The translations under genes and the position numbers were made by a program. From the IMG/VR virus record IMGVR_UViG_3300029867_000012: DNA of 46,841 bases. The stretch is one strand, 5' to 3'. Under the pieces are notes generated by a model. The model ran no database searches. It was not told the origin of the DNA and worked only from the letters and a program-made list of their open reading frames with translations. Of this stretch, positions 1-8,437 are shown piece after piece (the first letter of the stretch is position 1; each line of letters opens with the position of its first letter). The DNA is from a virus.

Positions 1-119
1 ATATTCGTGGAGAGGGGCTGTCTTTAAAATCTCTAATTGAGATAGTAATAAATCACCTTGGCATAGACATAACCGTCATTGATGAAGTTGGCCCGCCTTT
101 ATTTAACGGGGCAGAAGAC
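1..119. repeat. Terminal direct repeat, copy 1 (identical to 46723-46841); circular-assembly overlap
   Basis: Start and end of the window are identical over 119 nt by eye. The repeat lies inside an ORF and preserves its frame. Confidence 0.9.
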
Positions 120-797
120 ATTGCGGCCCCTGAACCGGGGGATAATGCTTTTAGTTTTATTAGTAAATATGCCGAAAAAAGACAGGTGCTTTTAACTTCC
201 AATGCCGATGGCAATTTAGTAATAGCGTCTAATTCGGGCGACCCTGCTGATGGGGTCGTACAACATATAATCGACGCTGAAGATAACAACGTTTTAGAAT
301 GTAATTTTAGTTACGACATTACCGGACGCTACAACAGCTATAAAATCAGTTCCGGCCTGAACCCTGTCGCCCTGAATAATGCCGGAGAGACCGACCTTGC
401 CTCTGTGGTTGATCAGGGTGGCGGGGTCTTTGATTCTGGTATCAGGTCTGGCCGACGGCTTACCCTGGAATCGAGGATCCCACTATCCGATGCAGAATGT
501 TTAAAAAGGGCATTTTGGGAAGCGGACGTAAGAAAAGCGCGAGGCCTGGCATACTTTGCAAGGGTGCCATTATTTAGAGTAGGTGGTGATACAGGCGACT
601 TGTGGGAGGTCAATAAAATCTATCAAATAGTTGACGATTTTATCGGAAAAATAGAACCTATGTTGTGTAATTCGGTAACGTTCACGCTGGATCTTGATGG
701 CGGGCGCTCTACTTCGTTGGGTTTCGTTGGTCAAAAAGCTTACACTTTAGACCTGGATCCAGAACCAGAAGTCAAGGTAGCCGAAAATGTTGCATAA
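1..797 (+). CDS. Baseplate hub protein, Mu gp44 / P2 gpD-like (C-terminal part; gene starts at 46404 and crosses the junction)
   Basis: Frame is open from nt 3 and is the same frame as the ORF starting at 46404 once the overlap is collapsed (371 aa in total). It lies between the DNA-circulation gene and the gp45/46/47/48-like genes, which is the Mu order. Confidence 0.7.
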   Translation, partial: IRGEGLSLKSLIEIVINHLGIDITVIDEVGPPLFNGAEDIAAPEPGDNAFSFISKYAEKRQVLLTSNADGNLVIASNSGDPADGVVQHIIDAEDNNVLECNFSYDITGRYNSYKISSGLNPVALNNAGETDLASVVDQGGGVFDSGIRSGRRLTLESRIPLSDAECLKRAFWEADVRKARGLAYFARVPLFRVGGDTGDLWEVNKIYQIVDDFIGKIEPMLCNSVTFTLDLDGGRSTSLGFVGQKAYTLDLDPEPEVKVAENVA

Positions 798-1347
798 ACT
801 GCTAAAATGGGCGCGAGTCACAAAAGCGGCGCCGACTGAGGCGCAGCAATTCGCAGTCCAGCAAGTCACGTATTCTGGAAAAGTTGGTGACGCGATTTTA
901 GTCATGCCTTACGGCATTCACGCTAATTTACCGGTTGATTCGCTTGCGTTAATGTTTGCGGTTAACGGAGAACCAGACAATCGGGCAATACTTGGGTTCG
1001 ATCCAAAGCAGCGGCCAGAATTAGCAGAAGGCGAAGTAGCTTTTTATCATCCACCGACAGGTTCATTTATTAAATGGACGGAGGCCGGGGATTTAGATAT
1101 TCAGGTCGGTGAGGGGAGTGGGGGCAACGTTACTATCAATTGTGCTTCTGCCACTATCATCGCTGCTGGTGATGTTGATGTGACTGCGGCTAATGTCAAT
1201 ATAGACGCCGGCACCACTAATTTAGGGGTGGGTGGGCTAGCAATAGCGAGAGTGGGAGACCCTGTTTCAGTCGCTGTTGTTGGAGGGTCAAGCGAAGGAA
1301 CTCATACAGGCACAATAACCGGCGGCGGGGGTAATACGAGCATATGA
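787..1347 (+). CDS. Baseplate spike / assembly protein V (Mu gp45-like)
   Basis: 186 aa. The N-terminal 'GDAILVMPYGIHANLP...GEVAFYHP' resembles the Gp45/gpV N-domain and the C-terminus is Gly-rich. Overlaps the hub gene by 11 nt. Confidence 0.7.
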   Translation: MLHKLLKWARVTKAAPTEAQQFAVQQVTYSGKVGDAILVMPYGIHANLPVDSLALMFAVNGEPDNRAILGFDPKQRPELAEGEVAFYHPPTGSFIKWTEAGDLDIQVGEGSGGNVTINCASATIIAAGDVDVTAANVNIDAGTTNLGVGGLAIARVGDPVSVAVVGGSSEGTHTGTITGGGGNTSI

Positions 1348-1793
1348 CAACAGACGCAATACTAACAATTGACCCTACTAGCGGCCTCTATGACATCAGC
1401 ATAGATGCTAACGGGGATATTGCTAACGATGATTTTTTCGATACCTCCATTCTCTACGCGTTATTTGGCGAAAAACGAGCGGGGCCGGAAGAAGTGTCTA
1501 GCCCTGAATTTCGCCGTGGGTGGATCGGCAATAGAGACGACTTTGAAAACGGTTCTAAATTGTGGCTACTGTCCCAATCTAGACTCACGAGAAACACACT
1601 AAATCGAATTGAAGATGAAGCTAGGAAAGCGCTTCAATACCTTGTTGATGACGGCCTGGCAGTTTCGATTGACCAAGTCGTCGCAGGGCTTAGAAACGGT
1701 AATGTTACACTTGATATCACTATTCGCAGATCACTAGACAAAGTAGATCGGAAATTTTTCTTACTTTGGGAGAATACAGGCCGTGGCACTTAA
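1344..1793 (+). CDS. Baseplate protein, Mu gp46 (GP46 family)
   Basis: 149 aa. 'RRGWIGN...GSKLWLLSQSRLT...ALQYLVDDGLAVSI' matches the GP46-family signature as I recall it. ATGA overlap with the upstream gene. Confidence 0.75.
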   Translation: MTTDAILTIDPTSGLYDISIDANGDIANDDFFDTSILYALFGEKRAGPEEVSSPEFRRGWIGNRDDFENGSKLWLLSQSRLTRNTLNRIEDEARKALQYLVDDGLAVSIDQVVAGLRNGNVTLDITIRRSLDKVDRKFFLLWENTGRGT

Positions 1794-3093
1794 CATTCCA
1801 GAAACCGCCGCCGAGGTTGACGACAGAGCCAAGGCTGACGTTCAGCGCGAGTTAAACCAATCCAATCCGTTTTTGAAAAATAGTTGGCTGGGCGCTCTCG
1901 TCACTGCGTACAGCAATCGGATTTTTGATTTTTACATCCAGCTTAATATCGCAATTAGGGAGAATTTCCCCGATACAGCCACGGGCGATTTTTTAATCCG
2001 ATGGGCTGCAATCTGGGGTAAACAACCTCAGGCGGCAACGCAATCAACGGGCAAGGTGGTAGCGACCGGCACGGCTGGCACGTTTATATCGCCGTCTACA
2101 GCTTTAACCGTAGCGGGTGTGGGTGATTTCACCACCGTTGGACTATCAACTATCAGCGCTCAAAATCTATCGGTTTTAGATTTAACTCGGTCGGGATCAA
2201 CCGCTACGGCATTATTTCCAACAGAGCACAAACTTGCTAGCGGCGTGGCGGTGGCGGTGGTTAATGCGAGCAACACAGAATACAACGTTACCGGACCTAT
2301 AACCGTAGTCTCAGCCACAAGCTTTGAATATCAAATAGTAGGCACGCCACCGGACGAGTTGGGAACGTCGGCTTTTGCTCAATTCACCACTTCATCTACC
2401 TCTATCCAGTCCGTTGATTTTGGGCAGGATTTTAATTTAGATGCTGGCACACAGTTAACACTACAAAGCCCTATTGCGGGCGTTGACGATACGCTGACAG
2501 TTGATTTTGATGCTGTAGGCGGTGGTACTGATGACGAATCAGACGATTCTCTACGCGATAGAATGCTGGATCGAATTCAAAACCCGGTGGCCCATTTTAA
2601 CGCGGCTGACATCATCGAAAAAGCTAAAGAAGTGCCTGGGGTAACGCGGGTTTTTGTTCAAGAAGTTACGCCCGCACTTGGAAGCGTTACTATTCATTTC
2701 ATGCGTGACAATGATTCTAACCCAATCCCATCTGGCGGTGAAGTGACGACCACAAAAAATAAAATACTTGAAATTAAGCCAGCTAACACAAGCAACGCCC
2801 AAGTTATTGTTGAGTCCCCCATCGGGGTCGATGTTGATTTTACTTTTACCGCTTTAAGCCCGAATACAGCAACAATGCAAAATTCAATAACGGCCAACCT
2901 TGGCCAGTTTTTTTCAGAACGTACAGAGGTTGGAGTAAATATTGAGGAGGACGCCTATCGCGCCGCAATACAGACTACTGTTGATACTGAAACCGGCGAC
3001 CTTGTGACCTCGTTTACGCTGTCCGTTCCTTCGGGTGATGTGGTGATCACAGCGGGCGAAATAGGCTTACTTGGAGCGCTTATCTATCCATGA
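1783..3093 (+). CDS. Baseplate J-like wedge protein (Mu gp47 / P2 gpJ-like)
   Basis: 436 aa. Size and position match baseplate J, and it overlaps both neighbours (11 and 4 nt). Confidence 0.75.
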   Translation: MALNIPETAAEVDDRAKADVQRELNQSNPFLKNSWLGALVTAYSNRIFDFYIQLNIAIRENFPDTATGDFLIRWAAIWGKQPQAATQSTGKVVATGTAGTFISPSTALTVAGVGDFTTVGLSTISAQNLSVLDLTRSGSTATALFPTEHKLASGVAVAVVNASNTEYNVTGPITVVSATSFEYQIVGTPPDELGTSAFAQFTTSSTSIQSVDFGQDFNLDAGTQLTLQSPIAGVDDTLTVDFDAVGGGTDDESDDSLRDRMLDRIQNPVAHFNAADIIEKAKEVPGVTRVFVQEVTPALGSVTIHFMRDNDSNPIPSGGEVTTTKNKILEIKPANTSNAQVIVESPIGVDVDFTFTALSPNTATMQNSITANLGQFFSERTEVGVNIEEDAYRAAIQTTVDTETGDLVTSFTLSVPSGDVVITAGEIGLLGALIYP

Positions 3094-3620
3094 TTCTTTT
3101 TAAGAAAAGAGACCTTGAGCAATATACGGACAGCTTGGCAGCGTATTTGCCGGGCGGGATTTTGTTCGCTATCAAGTCGTTTCAAGATAGCAATTTTAGA
3201 AAGTTGCTCAGGGGGTTCGCGGGTGAGTTATTCCGCAGTAATGGATTGTTAATCGAATATAGCGAGGAAGTCCTGCCTGATACCACAAACAAGTTTTTAG
3301 GTGAATGGGAGTCTTCGCTAGGATTGTCGCCAGGGTCTGGCGCTACGAACGAAGACCGTCGGCGCGATATCCTTGTTAGACTTGCTTCCTCTGGCGTACA
3401 AACCTCGCAGGATTTTATAGATTTAGCAGCTATTTTTGGAATTCCGGTTACTGTTACAGGGATCACATACACAATTACGGTGGGTGTTTCTATTCCCATT
3501 GCCGAAACATTCCCGCTAGAATTTGAAATAAATTTCGGAAGTGCTGAGATAGAATTATTACGTGGGCTTTTTGAAAACCTAATCCCTGCTAACTGTGAGT
3601 TAGTGATAGTACAAGTTTAA
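3090..3620 (+). CDS. Tail/baseplate protein, Mu gp48 / P2 gpI-like (DUF2313-like)
   Basis: 176 aa. 'FLGEWESSLGL...NEDRRRDILVRLAS' resembles the gpI/YmfQ family. ATGA overlap with the J-like gene. Confidence 0.6.
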   Translation: MILFKKRDLEQYTDSLAAYLPGGILFAIKSFQDSNFRKLLRGFAGELFRSNGLLIEYSEEVLPDTTNKFLGEWESSLGLSPGSGATNEDRRRDILVRLASSGVQTSQDFIDLAAIFGIPVTVTGITYTITVGVSIPIAETFPLEFEINFGSAEIELLRGLFENLIPANCELVIVQV

Positions 3621-3631
3621 AAGGTGAGTTA

Positions 3632-4939
3632 ATGCAATTACTAAACGATAAAATCGATGGATCAGGAAGCCCTGAAAACGTTCTCCCCGCAGTCGAGTGG
3701 AATCAACTTCCCAGTGAGATACAAAACATAATCACCGCGTTAGGCATGACACTATCCAATGGCGATTTAAACCAGCTAGGTAAAGCGCTGGCGGGATACG
3801 CTGCTAATGGAAGTTTTTTTACTGACAGCGGCGCGGCTAATGCTTATGTATTAACCGCTGTAGGTGGAAAACAAGTCCATCCAGATTACGAAGATGGCGA
3901 CGAGGTTGAATTTATAGCGGCCAACCCTAGTACCGGCGCATCGACTGTAAATGTCGCTGGTAAAGGCGTTAAAAATATAAAAATGGATGGTGGTGGAAAC
4001 CCGCCACCGGGGGCTATATCAGGGCGAACGAGTTTAAAATTTGACAGTGGTAATAATTGGTTTGAATTAATATACCCCTCTTCACTTTATTATCAAGATA
4101 AGGAGAGGCTGACTGCTGCGGGAGGGGGCGTCGTAGAATTACGTTCCGACGGCAACACTGATACCGAGAACCGGCGCATCACTTTTAAACACCAGGACGG
4201 CACCGAAAGGGGCACGGTCGGGTTCTTAAACGACTCCACGCTGGATCTCCGCAACACTATAAACGGTGGTCTCGTGGAGCTGAACGGTTTCAGCAATGGT
4301 GGCATACCGCGAAAATTAATCGTAGCCACACCAGATGACGACATTGCGCTATTCGACAATGGCTCCGAGGTGGCGCACACCCAACCTGCATCCGGTGGTG
4401 GATTTGCAATTAACAACACTGCCACTGGATCAGGGTTTGAAAGGGCTTTGACCACAAGCGATTTTGGTATAAGTGGCAACGGCACGAACCAATTTGATGA
4501 TGTTACAACGGCGGACATTTCTTACACTAATGATTCGACTGTGAACACCTTTTTCACCACGGCATTAGGGTCTGGCTCAACGGGTAAACAGTACAGCGGT
4601 AGGCTCGTTTTGTTCGGTGCGTCAGCTGTAACAGGCACTAATCCAGGGTTAAAATTAATAGTTGACCCGTCAGGCGTAACATCGGGGGGGCGGGGGGTTG
4701 TAACAAGTCATGAATCTTTAACTGGGGATGTAAAAACTAAAAAAGGCGTTGTGAACACAGAAATAACATCCATTCCCCTAGGTCTTACGACTAATGAAAC
4801 TATGATAGTTTATGAACATTACTTTAGTCCTAGTTCTGACTCGCAGACAGTCACCGCTAGAGCTGCACAATCCGTATCGAGCGGAAGTTTTTCTAGATTG
4901 CTAGAGGGCGCTAGGTGGTCACTAACGAGGTTTAATTAA
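3632..4939 (+). CDS. Tail fibre protein
   Basis: 435 aa directly after the baseplate genes. A conserved-looking N-terminal attachment region is followed by G/S/T/N-rich sequence. Confidence 0.6.
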   Translation: MQLLNDKIDGSGSPENVLPAVEWNQLPSEIQNIITALGMTLSNGDLNQLGKALAGYAANGSFFTDSGAANAYVLTAVGGKQVHPDYEDGDEVEFIAANPSTGASTVNVAGKGVKNIKMDGGGNPPPGAISGRTSLKFDSGNNWFELIYPSSLYYQDKERLTAAGGGVVELRSDGNTDTENRRITFKHQDGTERGTVGFLNDSTLDLRNTINGGLVELNGFSNGGIPRKLIVATPDDDIALFDNGSEVAHTQPASGGGFAINNTATGSGFERALTTSDFGISGNGTNQFDDVTTADISYTNDSTVNTFFTTALGSGSTGKQYSGRLVLFGASAVTGTNPGLKLIVDPSGVTSGGRGVVTSHESLTGDVKTKKGVVNTEITSIPLGLTTNETMIVYEHYFSPSSDSQTVTARAAQSVSSGSFSRLLEGARWSLTRFN

Positions 4940-5275
4940 ATGCCCGCATTTTCATCACTCAATAGACGTGACATAAGCGCCGAATTAATGACGAAAGAGT
5001 ATTGGCCCCAAGGTCACTCTAAGCAGGTCTACCCAATATGGCATTACACGTGCCGGGACATCGCTTTTTTCTATTCTCAGCCCCCCGGCGTGGGCGTCGG
5101 GTTAGAATCCAGCAAGGCCTACGATTATGACGGCAATCATCCAGAAACTAACAGTCCAATGGTTTGCGGTGCGTGCCATGAGACAATAAAAAAATTAGAT
5201 CTTTGCGATTCAAGGCCAGGGGAGTTGTTAGCATTACCTGGGGAAAACCCTATCTTTAAAGTGTTAAAATTATGA
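4940..5275 (+). CDS. Hypothetical protein (possible fibre accessory/chaperone by position)
   Basis: 111 aa. It abuts the fibre stop codon (TAA ATG) and has an ATGA overlap with the endolysin gene. Confidence 0.6.
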   Translation: MPAFSSLNRRDISAELMTKEYWPQGHSKQVYPIWHYTCRDIAFFYSQPPGVGVGLESSKAYDYDGNHPETNSPMVCGACHETIKKLDLCDSRPGELLALPGENPIFKVLKL

Positions 5276-5808
5276 CATTGAAAGACGAATTAATTCAGGA
5301 AGTGATAGCGATCGAGGGCGGTTACATTAACGACCCTCGCGATAGTGGCGGCGAAACTAACTACGGTATTACAGCGACCACGGCCAAAGAGTACGGCTAC
5401 AAAGGATTGATGGGGGCCATGCCCAAATCAATTGCGGTCGATATTTATTCGGACATGTATTGGCACCCGATCAAAGGCGACACGGTAGCCGAGATAGCGC
5501 CCATGGTTGCTGCTGAACTATTTGACACGTCCGTTAATGTCGGTGCTTCTAGGGCCGTGACATTCCTGCAGCGAGCTTTAACAGCGCTCAATTGCGGCGG
5601 TAAATTATACGCTGACATTAAGGTCGATGGAGCGATAGGTCCAAAAACCCTCTCTGCGTTACGCTGCTACATGGGGTGCAGGGATGAAATGGTGCTTGTG
5701 ACCGTCCTTAATTCGCTTCAGGGGGCTTTTTATGTTGAATTGGCAGAACAACGCGAGAAGGACGAAAAATTCTTGTACGGATGGATTAAGAACCGAGTAG
5801 AGATGTGA
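5272..5808 (+). CDS. Endolysin, glycoside hydrolase family 108 with C-terminal peptidoglycan-binding domain
   Basis: 'EGGYINDPRDSGGETNYGIT' is the GH108 catalytic-region signature. 'DGAIGPKTLSAL' is a PG_binding_3-type motif. Confidence 0.85.
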   Translation: MTLKDELIQEVIAIEGGYINDPRDSGGETNYGITATTAKEYGYKGLMGAMPKSIAVDIYSDMYWHPIKGDTVAEIAPMVAAELFDTSVNVGASRAVTFLQRALTALNCGGKLYADIKVDGAIGPKTLSALRCYMGCRDEMVLVTVLNSLQGAFYVELAEQREKDEKFLYGWIKNRVEM

Positions 5809-5891
5809 TTAATAGATTGGCTATATTGGTGACGTTGTGCGCCGCCGCTTTTATGTTTTTGATCGTTATAAATGATGGAATTTTAATATGA
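5805..5891 (+). CDS. Small hydrophobic peptide, 28 aa (below ORF-track cutoff)
   Basis: GTG overlaps the endolysin stop (GTGA) and the stop overlaps the next ATG (ATGA). One TM-like stretch, LAILVTLCAAAFMFLIVI. The SD is weak. Confidence 0.35.
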   Translation: MINRLAILVTLCAAAFMFLIVINDGILI

Positions 5892-6325
5892 TTAGGATAG
5901 TAACGCTCGTTGCGCTCGTGTTTGCCAGCGCTGTAATTGCCCAGCCTGAAGTGGAATTAAACGTTAAATTAGATCCGCCTGAAATTCGCCAGGGAGGCGC
6001 GAAATTAGACCCCGACGATATCAAACAATTCAATATTTATAAAGTCGATGGCGATGTTTTAATCCCGTTATTGCCGCCTGTTCTATACGATGGCGCAGGG
6101 GTTGAAGGCTCTGTTATGTCGCCGGTTGATGAGGCTGAAGGAATTATTATGGTTTGCGCTAAAACCGTGGATAAATTACTATTAGAAACATCAGCTTGTA
6201 GTGAGCCGGTGGAGGTGCCGTATGTCGTTCCTTCACCCGCTGCGCCGGGTGGGCTGACAGTGAAACAGATTAACGATATCAACATCAATCTTAATATTAA
6301 TGTGAACGTAACGGGGGAACAATGA
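5888..6325 (+). CDS. Secreted protein of lysis cassette (signal peptide; function unknown)
   Basis: N-terminal MIRIVTLVALVFASAVIA/QP looks like a Sec signal peptide. Translationally coupled on both sides. Confidence 0.7.
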   Translation: MIRIVTLVALVFASAVIAQPEVELNVKLDPPEIRQGGAKLDPDDIKQFNIYKVDGDVLIPLLPPVLYDGAGVEGSVMSPVDEAEGIIMVCAKTVDKLLLETSACSEPVEVPYVVPSPAAPGGLTVKQINDININLNINVNVTGEQ

Positions 6326-6450
6326 TTAAAGCTAATGCCGGCGGTAGAGGAACACAACGACCGAGAACCACCAGCCCTAAAAAAACCACAGCGCCTAAAA
6401 CATCGGCAGGCGGTCGAGGGAAGCAGCGAGTTAAAAAAACCCCTAAATGA
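6322..6450 (+). CDS. Small highly basic protein, 42 aa (below ORF-track cutoff)
   Basis: ATGA overlaps at both ends and GGGGGAA lies upstream. Sequence MIKANAGGRGTQRPRTTSPKKTTAPKTSAGGRGKQRVKKTPK. Confidence 0.45.
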   Translation: MIKANAGGRGTQRPRTTSPKKTTAPKTSAGGRGKQRVKKTPK

Positions 6451-6917
6451 TAACCTCAGTTCTCTTAATGATGATAGCGGCATCTTGTTTGATTCAGCCC
6501 AATGCCCCGCGCTTATTTGCTGCGGCGGTATTTGCGGGCTTGACTCTTACGCATGAGTTTTCGCTATCACATTTAGAGGGCCTTGAATACTACGGAAGTG
6601 CCGCTTTAGTCGATTTAGGAATAATGATCGCAATGAGTGGCATATCTCCTACCCCCGCAATGGTCATTAACTTACAGCGTATCTGCATTGCCTCCATTGT
6701 CACAAATTTTTTAGGTTGGGTGATGTGGTTAACATACCTACCCCCTATAGCATATAATTATGCCTATGTTTTTATATACATAGTTGCTTTTGCAGTGCTA
6801 ATAAAAAGGGATAAGGGAGATGTGGGAGGATTTGCAATGGCTGGCTGGCGGTCTTGTTTTCGCCTCAATATTTTTGCAAGGATTGACGGTTCTGGCGAGA
6901 GTGGTGGCAAGACATGA
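6447..6917 (+). CDS. Multi-pass membrane protein (holin/antiholin candidate)
   Basis: 156 aa with about 4 hydrophobic segments. Located in the lysis cassette and coupled to neighbours by ATGA overlaps. Confidence 0.55.
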   Translation: MITSVLLMMIAASCLIQPNAPRLFAAAVFAGLTLTHEFSLSHLEGLEYYGSAALVDLGIMIAMSGISPTPAMVINLQRICIASIVTNFLGWVMWLTYLPPIAYNYAYVFIYIVAFAVLIKRDKGDVGGFAMAGWRSCFRLNIFARIDGSGESGGKT

Positions 6918-7195
6918 GCGTCAAAGAATTGATGGCCGACCCCAGGATAGGCGCGGCGGTGGCGTCGGGAACAGTAGGGACGGGGACGATAATTGATTTA
7001 ATTCCTGATGGAATTGGCAAGGTCTCAATGCTGATAGGAATGATATTATCAATCCTTCTTATTAGAGTCCATTACGCGAATTTGCAAAAAATAAAAATGG
7101 AAGTGGGGATAATGAAACGCAAAGAAGAGGAGCGTCTTGAAGCGGCCAGACTTCGCAAAGAAGAAGGCCAACCGCTTAGACGCGAGGAAGATTAA
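6914..7195 (+). CDS. Membrane protein with highly charged C-terminus (holin candidate)
   Basis: 93 aa. A hydrophobic core (VSMLIGMILSILLI) is followed by a KRKEEERLEAARLRKEE tail. It is the last gene of the late block. Confidence 0.5.
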   Translation: MSVKELMADPRIGAAVASGTVGTGTIIDLIPDGIGKVSMLIGMILSILLIRVHYANLQKIKMEVGIMKRKEEERLEAARLRKEEGQPLRREED

Positions 7196-7238
7196 ATGCC
7201 CCTTGCGGCCCGCCAAGCAAGCCACATCACATCTTTCA

Positions 7239-7424
7239 TTATCCGACCCCAAAACCTTGCCTACTATACGCCCAAACAACCCACACGCAGGACCCTATAA
7301 AAACAGCAGCACTAATTCCGTTTAGCGTATTATATGTCGCGTAATACAATACACAAAACCCAGCCACGGTTAACATCAAAGAGGGCCAATAGGCGTATAG
7401 GCACCAATCTAGCCAAGTCAACAT
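7239..7424 (-). CDS. Small membrane protein
   Basis: 61 aa with two hydrophobic segments. Last gene of the early - block. Confidence 0.55.
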   Translation of the reverse strand: MLTWLDWCLYAYWPSLMLTVAGFCVLYYATYNTLNGISAAVFIGSCVWVVWAYSRQGFGVG

Positions 7425-7606
7425 TTAGCCCTCCTCAATGCTTGAAATATGCCTACAGACAAATAGAGCACTGCAAATATCGGCCAAAATAGGGACACGA
7501 TAACCGTTGAAAAAAAAGAGTGTTCGGCTGATTCATCGCTACTCATCCAGCCGACAAACATTACAGCACCCAAAATCTCAAGAATTATTATCGTTGTTAT
7601 AAGCAT
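7418..7606 (-). CDS. Small membrane protein
   Basis: 62 aa with two hydrophobic segments. Overlaps both neighbours. Confidence 0.55.
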   Translation of the reverse strand: MLITTIIILEILGAVMFVGWMSSDESAEHSFFSTVIVSLFWPIFAVLYLSVGIFQALRRAKC

Positions 7607-7875
7607 TTTTCAAATTCCCCTAATTGTTCGTGATAATACGTGATTATTTGTATTTTGCCGTTAGCGACGTATTCAAAATCAATCTGGTTCCCGCTGTGAT
7701 GGAGGCTAACCATCATGGGTATTTTCATGCGCGAGACTTTTTTTCCTAGTGGCCAGTCGCGCTGAACGTCGGCCTGACGGTCTCTGATTAGATCGATTTT
7801 TTCGAGTTCGAGGGCTAATTCCTTGTCCAGCTTGGCACGCCTCTTTGCCTTCTTTTCCATTAGTTTTTTAATCAT
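7597..7875 (-). CDS. Hypothetical protein, paralogue of 7872-8162
   Basis: Shares 'WPLGxKVxR...FEYVxNG...Y..EQLxEFEK' with the adjacent gene. Confidence 0.7.
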   Translation of the reverse strand: MIKKLMEKKAKRRAKLDKELALELEKIDLIRDRQADVQRDWPLGKKVSRMKIPMMVSLHHSGNQIDFEYVANGKIQIITYYHEQLGEFEKCL

Positions 7876-8162
7876 TTTTCAAAATCCACTAATTGATCTT
7901 GACGATATTCTATTCTGTAAATAACCCCGTTCGTTACATATTCAAATTCCACCCCTAGCGAGGTATGACCTGTAATGTATAGCGTTAATCCAAATCTATC
8001 GACTTTTGAACCTAGTGGCCACTCTTTGATTAGAGCGTCTCTCTTTGCGCGAGACGCTTCAATTGCTTTATTGTTTATTTCTTCAATACATTCATTCAAT
8101 GATTCCACTCGACCCTTATAGGGGTCATTCAAACTATCAAACCACCTGAAAAATTTATTCAT
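7872..8162 (-). CDS. Hypothetical protein, paralogue of 7597-7875
   Basis: 96 aa. AAGGAG SD upstream and ATGA-type overlap with the downstream paralogue. Confidence 0.7.
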   Translation of the reverse strand: MNKFFRWFDSLNDPYKGRVESLNECIEEINNKAIEASRAKRDALIKEWPLGSKVDRFGLTLYITGHTSLGVEFEYVTNGVIYRIEYRQDQLVDFEK

Positions 8163-8184
8163 AGTCGCACCACTCCTTTTTTAT

Positions 8185-8203
8185 CCTTTAATGTGTTGTT
8201 ATT
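8185..8203 (-). promoter_or_regulatory. Conserved leader box AATAACAACACATTAAAGG (copy 1 of 6)
   Basis: Exact 19-mer upstream of the 7872-8162 start. A second AAGGAG SD follows it here. Confidence 0.6.
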
Positions 8204-8369
8204 CACATGACTCTATCGCTTTAGTTAAAGCGGTATTTTGCTGATTAATTAGTGCTGCTTTGTCACTATCGCTCAACGCTGGAATAGCTACAAAATCAAT
8301 GCCAGCTTTTACAAACTCATCTACAAGACATAGATTCTTTCTCATTTCTACAGGGCTACACTTATCCAT
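8199..8369 (-). CDS. Hypothetical protein (56 aa)
   Basis: Start moved to the ATG 6 nt after AAAGGGG of the leader box. The ORF-track start at 8414 would translate the box itself. Confidence 0.6.
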   Translation of the reverse strand: MDKCSPVEMRKNLCLVDEFVKAGIDFVAIPALSDSDKAALINQQNTALTKAIESCE

Positions 8370-8377
8370 TTTCATCC

Positions 8378-8396
8378 CCTTTAATGTGTTGTTATT
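8378..8396 (-). promoter_or_regulatory. Conserved leader box (copy 2 of 6)
   Basis: Exact 19-mer immediately 5' of the 8369 start codon. Confidence 0.6.
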
Positions 8397-8409
8397 TATT
8401 ACTATCCGC

Positions 8410-8437
8410 ACCATATTGCTGACGCTAGCAATATGGT
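8410..8437 (-). other. Perfect 11-bp-stem hairpin ACCATATTGCT-N6-AGCAATATGGT
   Basis: Read directly. It starts at the nucleotide after the stop codon of 8438-9388 and has no U-tract. A near copy lies at 12103-12130. Confidence 0.7.

Noticed and set aside
1-119. Functional direct terminal repeats or a cos end at the window boundary
   Set aside because: The repeat is internal to the hub ORF and restores a normal-length gene when collapsed. It is most simply an assembly wrap-around, although only read-end analysis can exclude true DTRs.
4093-4518. Antisense or embedded ORFs inside long structural genes. Examples are 4093-4518, 6037-6483, 8883-9218, 27482-27883, 28638-28980, 30688-30990, 38989-39312, 43690-44091 and 44383-44958.
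   Set aside because: Each lies wholly within a longer ORF that has family or synteny support. Their translations are low-complexity (S/A/P/L-rich) mirror frames.
6335-6556. + strand ORF 6335-6556
   Set aside because: It is out of phase with the ATGA-coupled chain and overlaps the 4-TM gene by 110 nt. The 6322-6450 frame is coupled at both ends.
7196-7238. Intrinsic terminator between the convergent late and early blocks
   Set aside because: CTTGCGG/CCGCCAAG leaves a 1-nt loop and has a bulge, and there is no T-run. It is not a credible hairpin terminator.
7049-7325. ORFs 7049-7279(-) and 7137-7325(+) at the convergence point
   Set aside because: They overlap the better-supported holin-like gene and the small membrane gene, and no SD is present.
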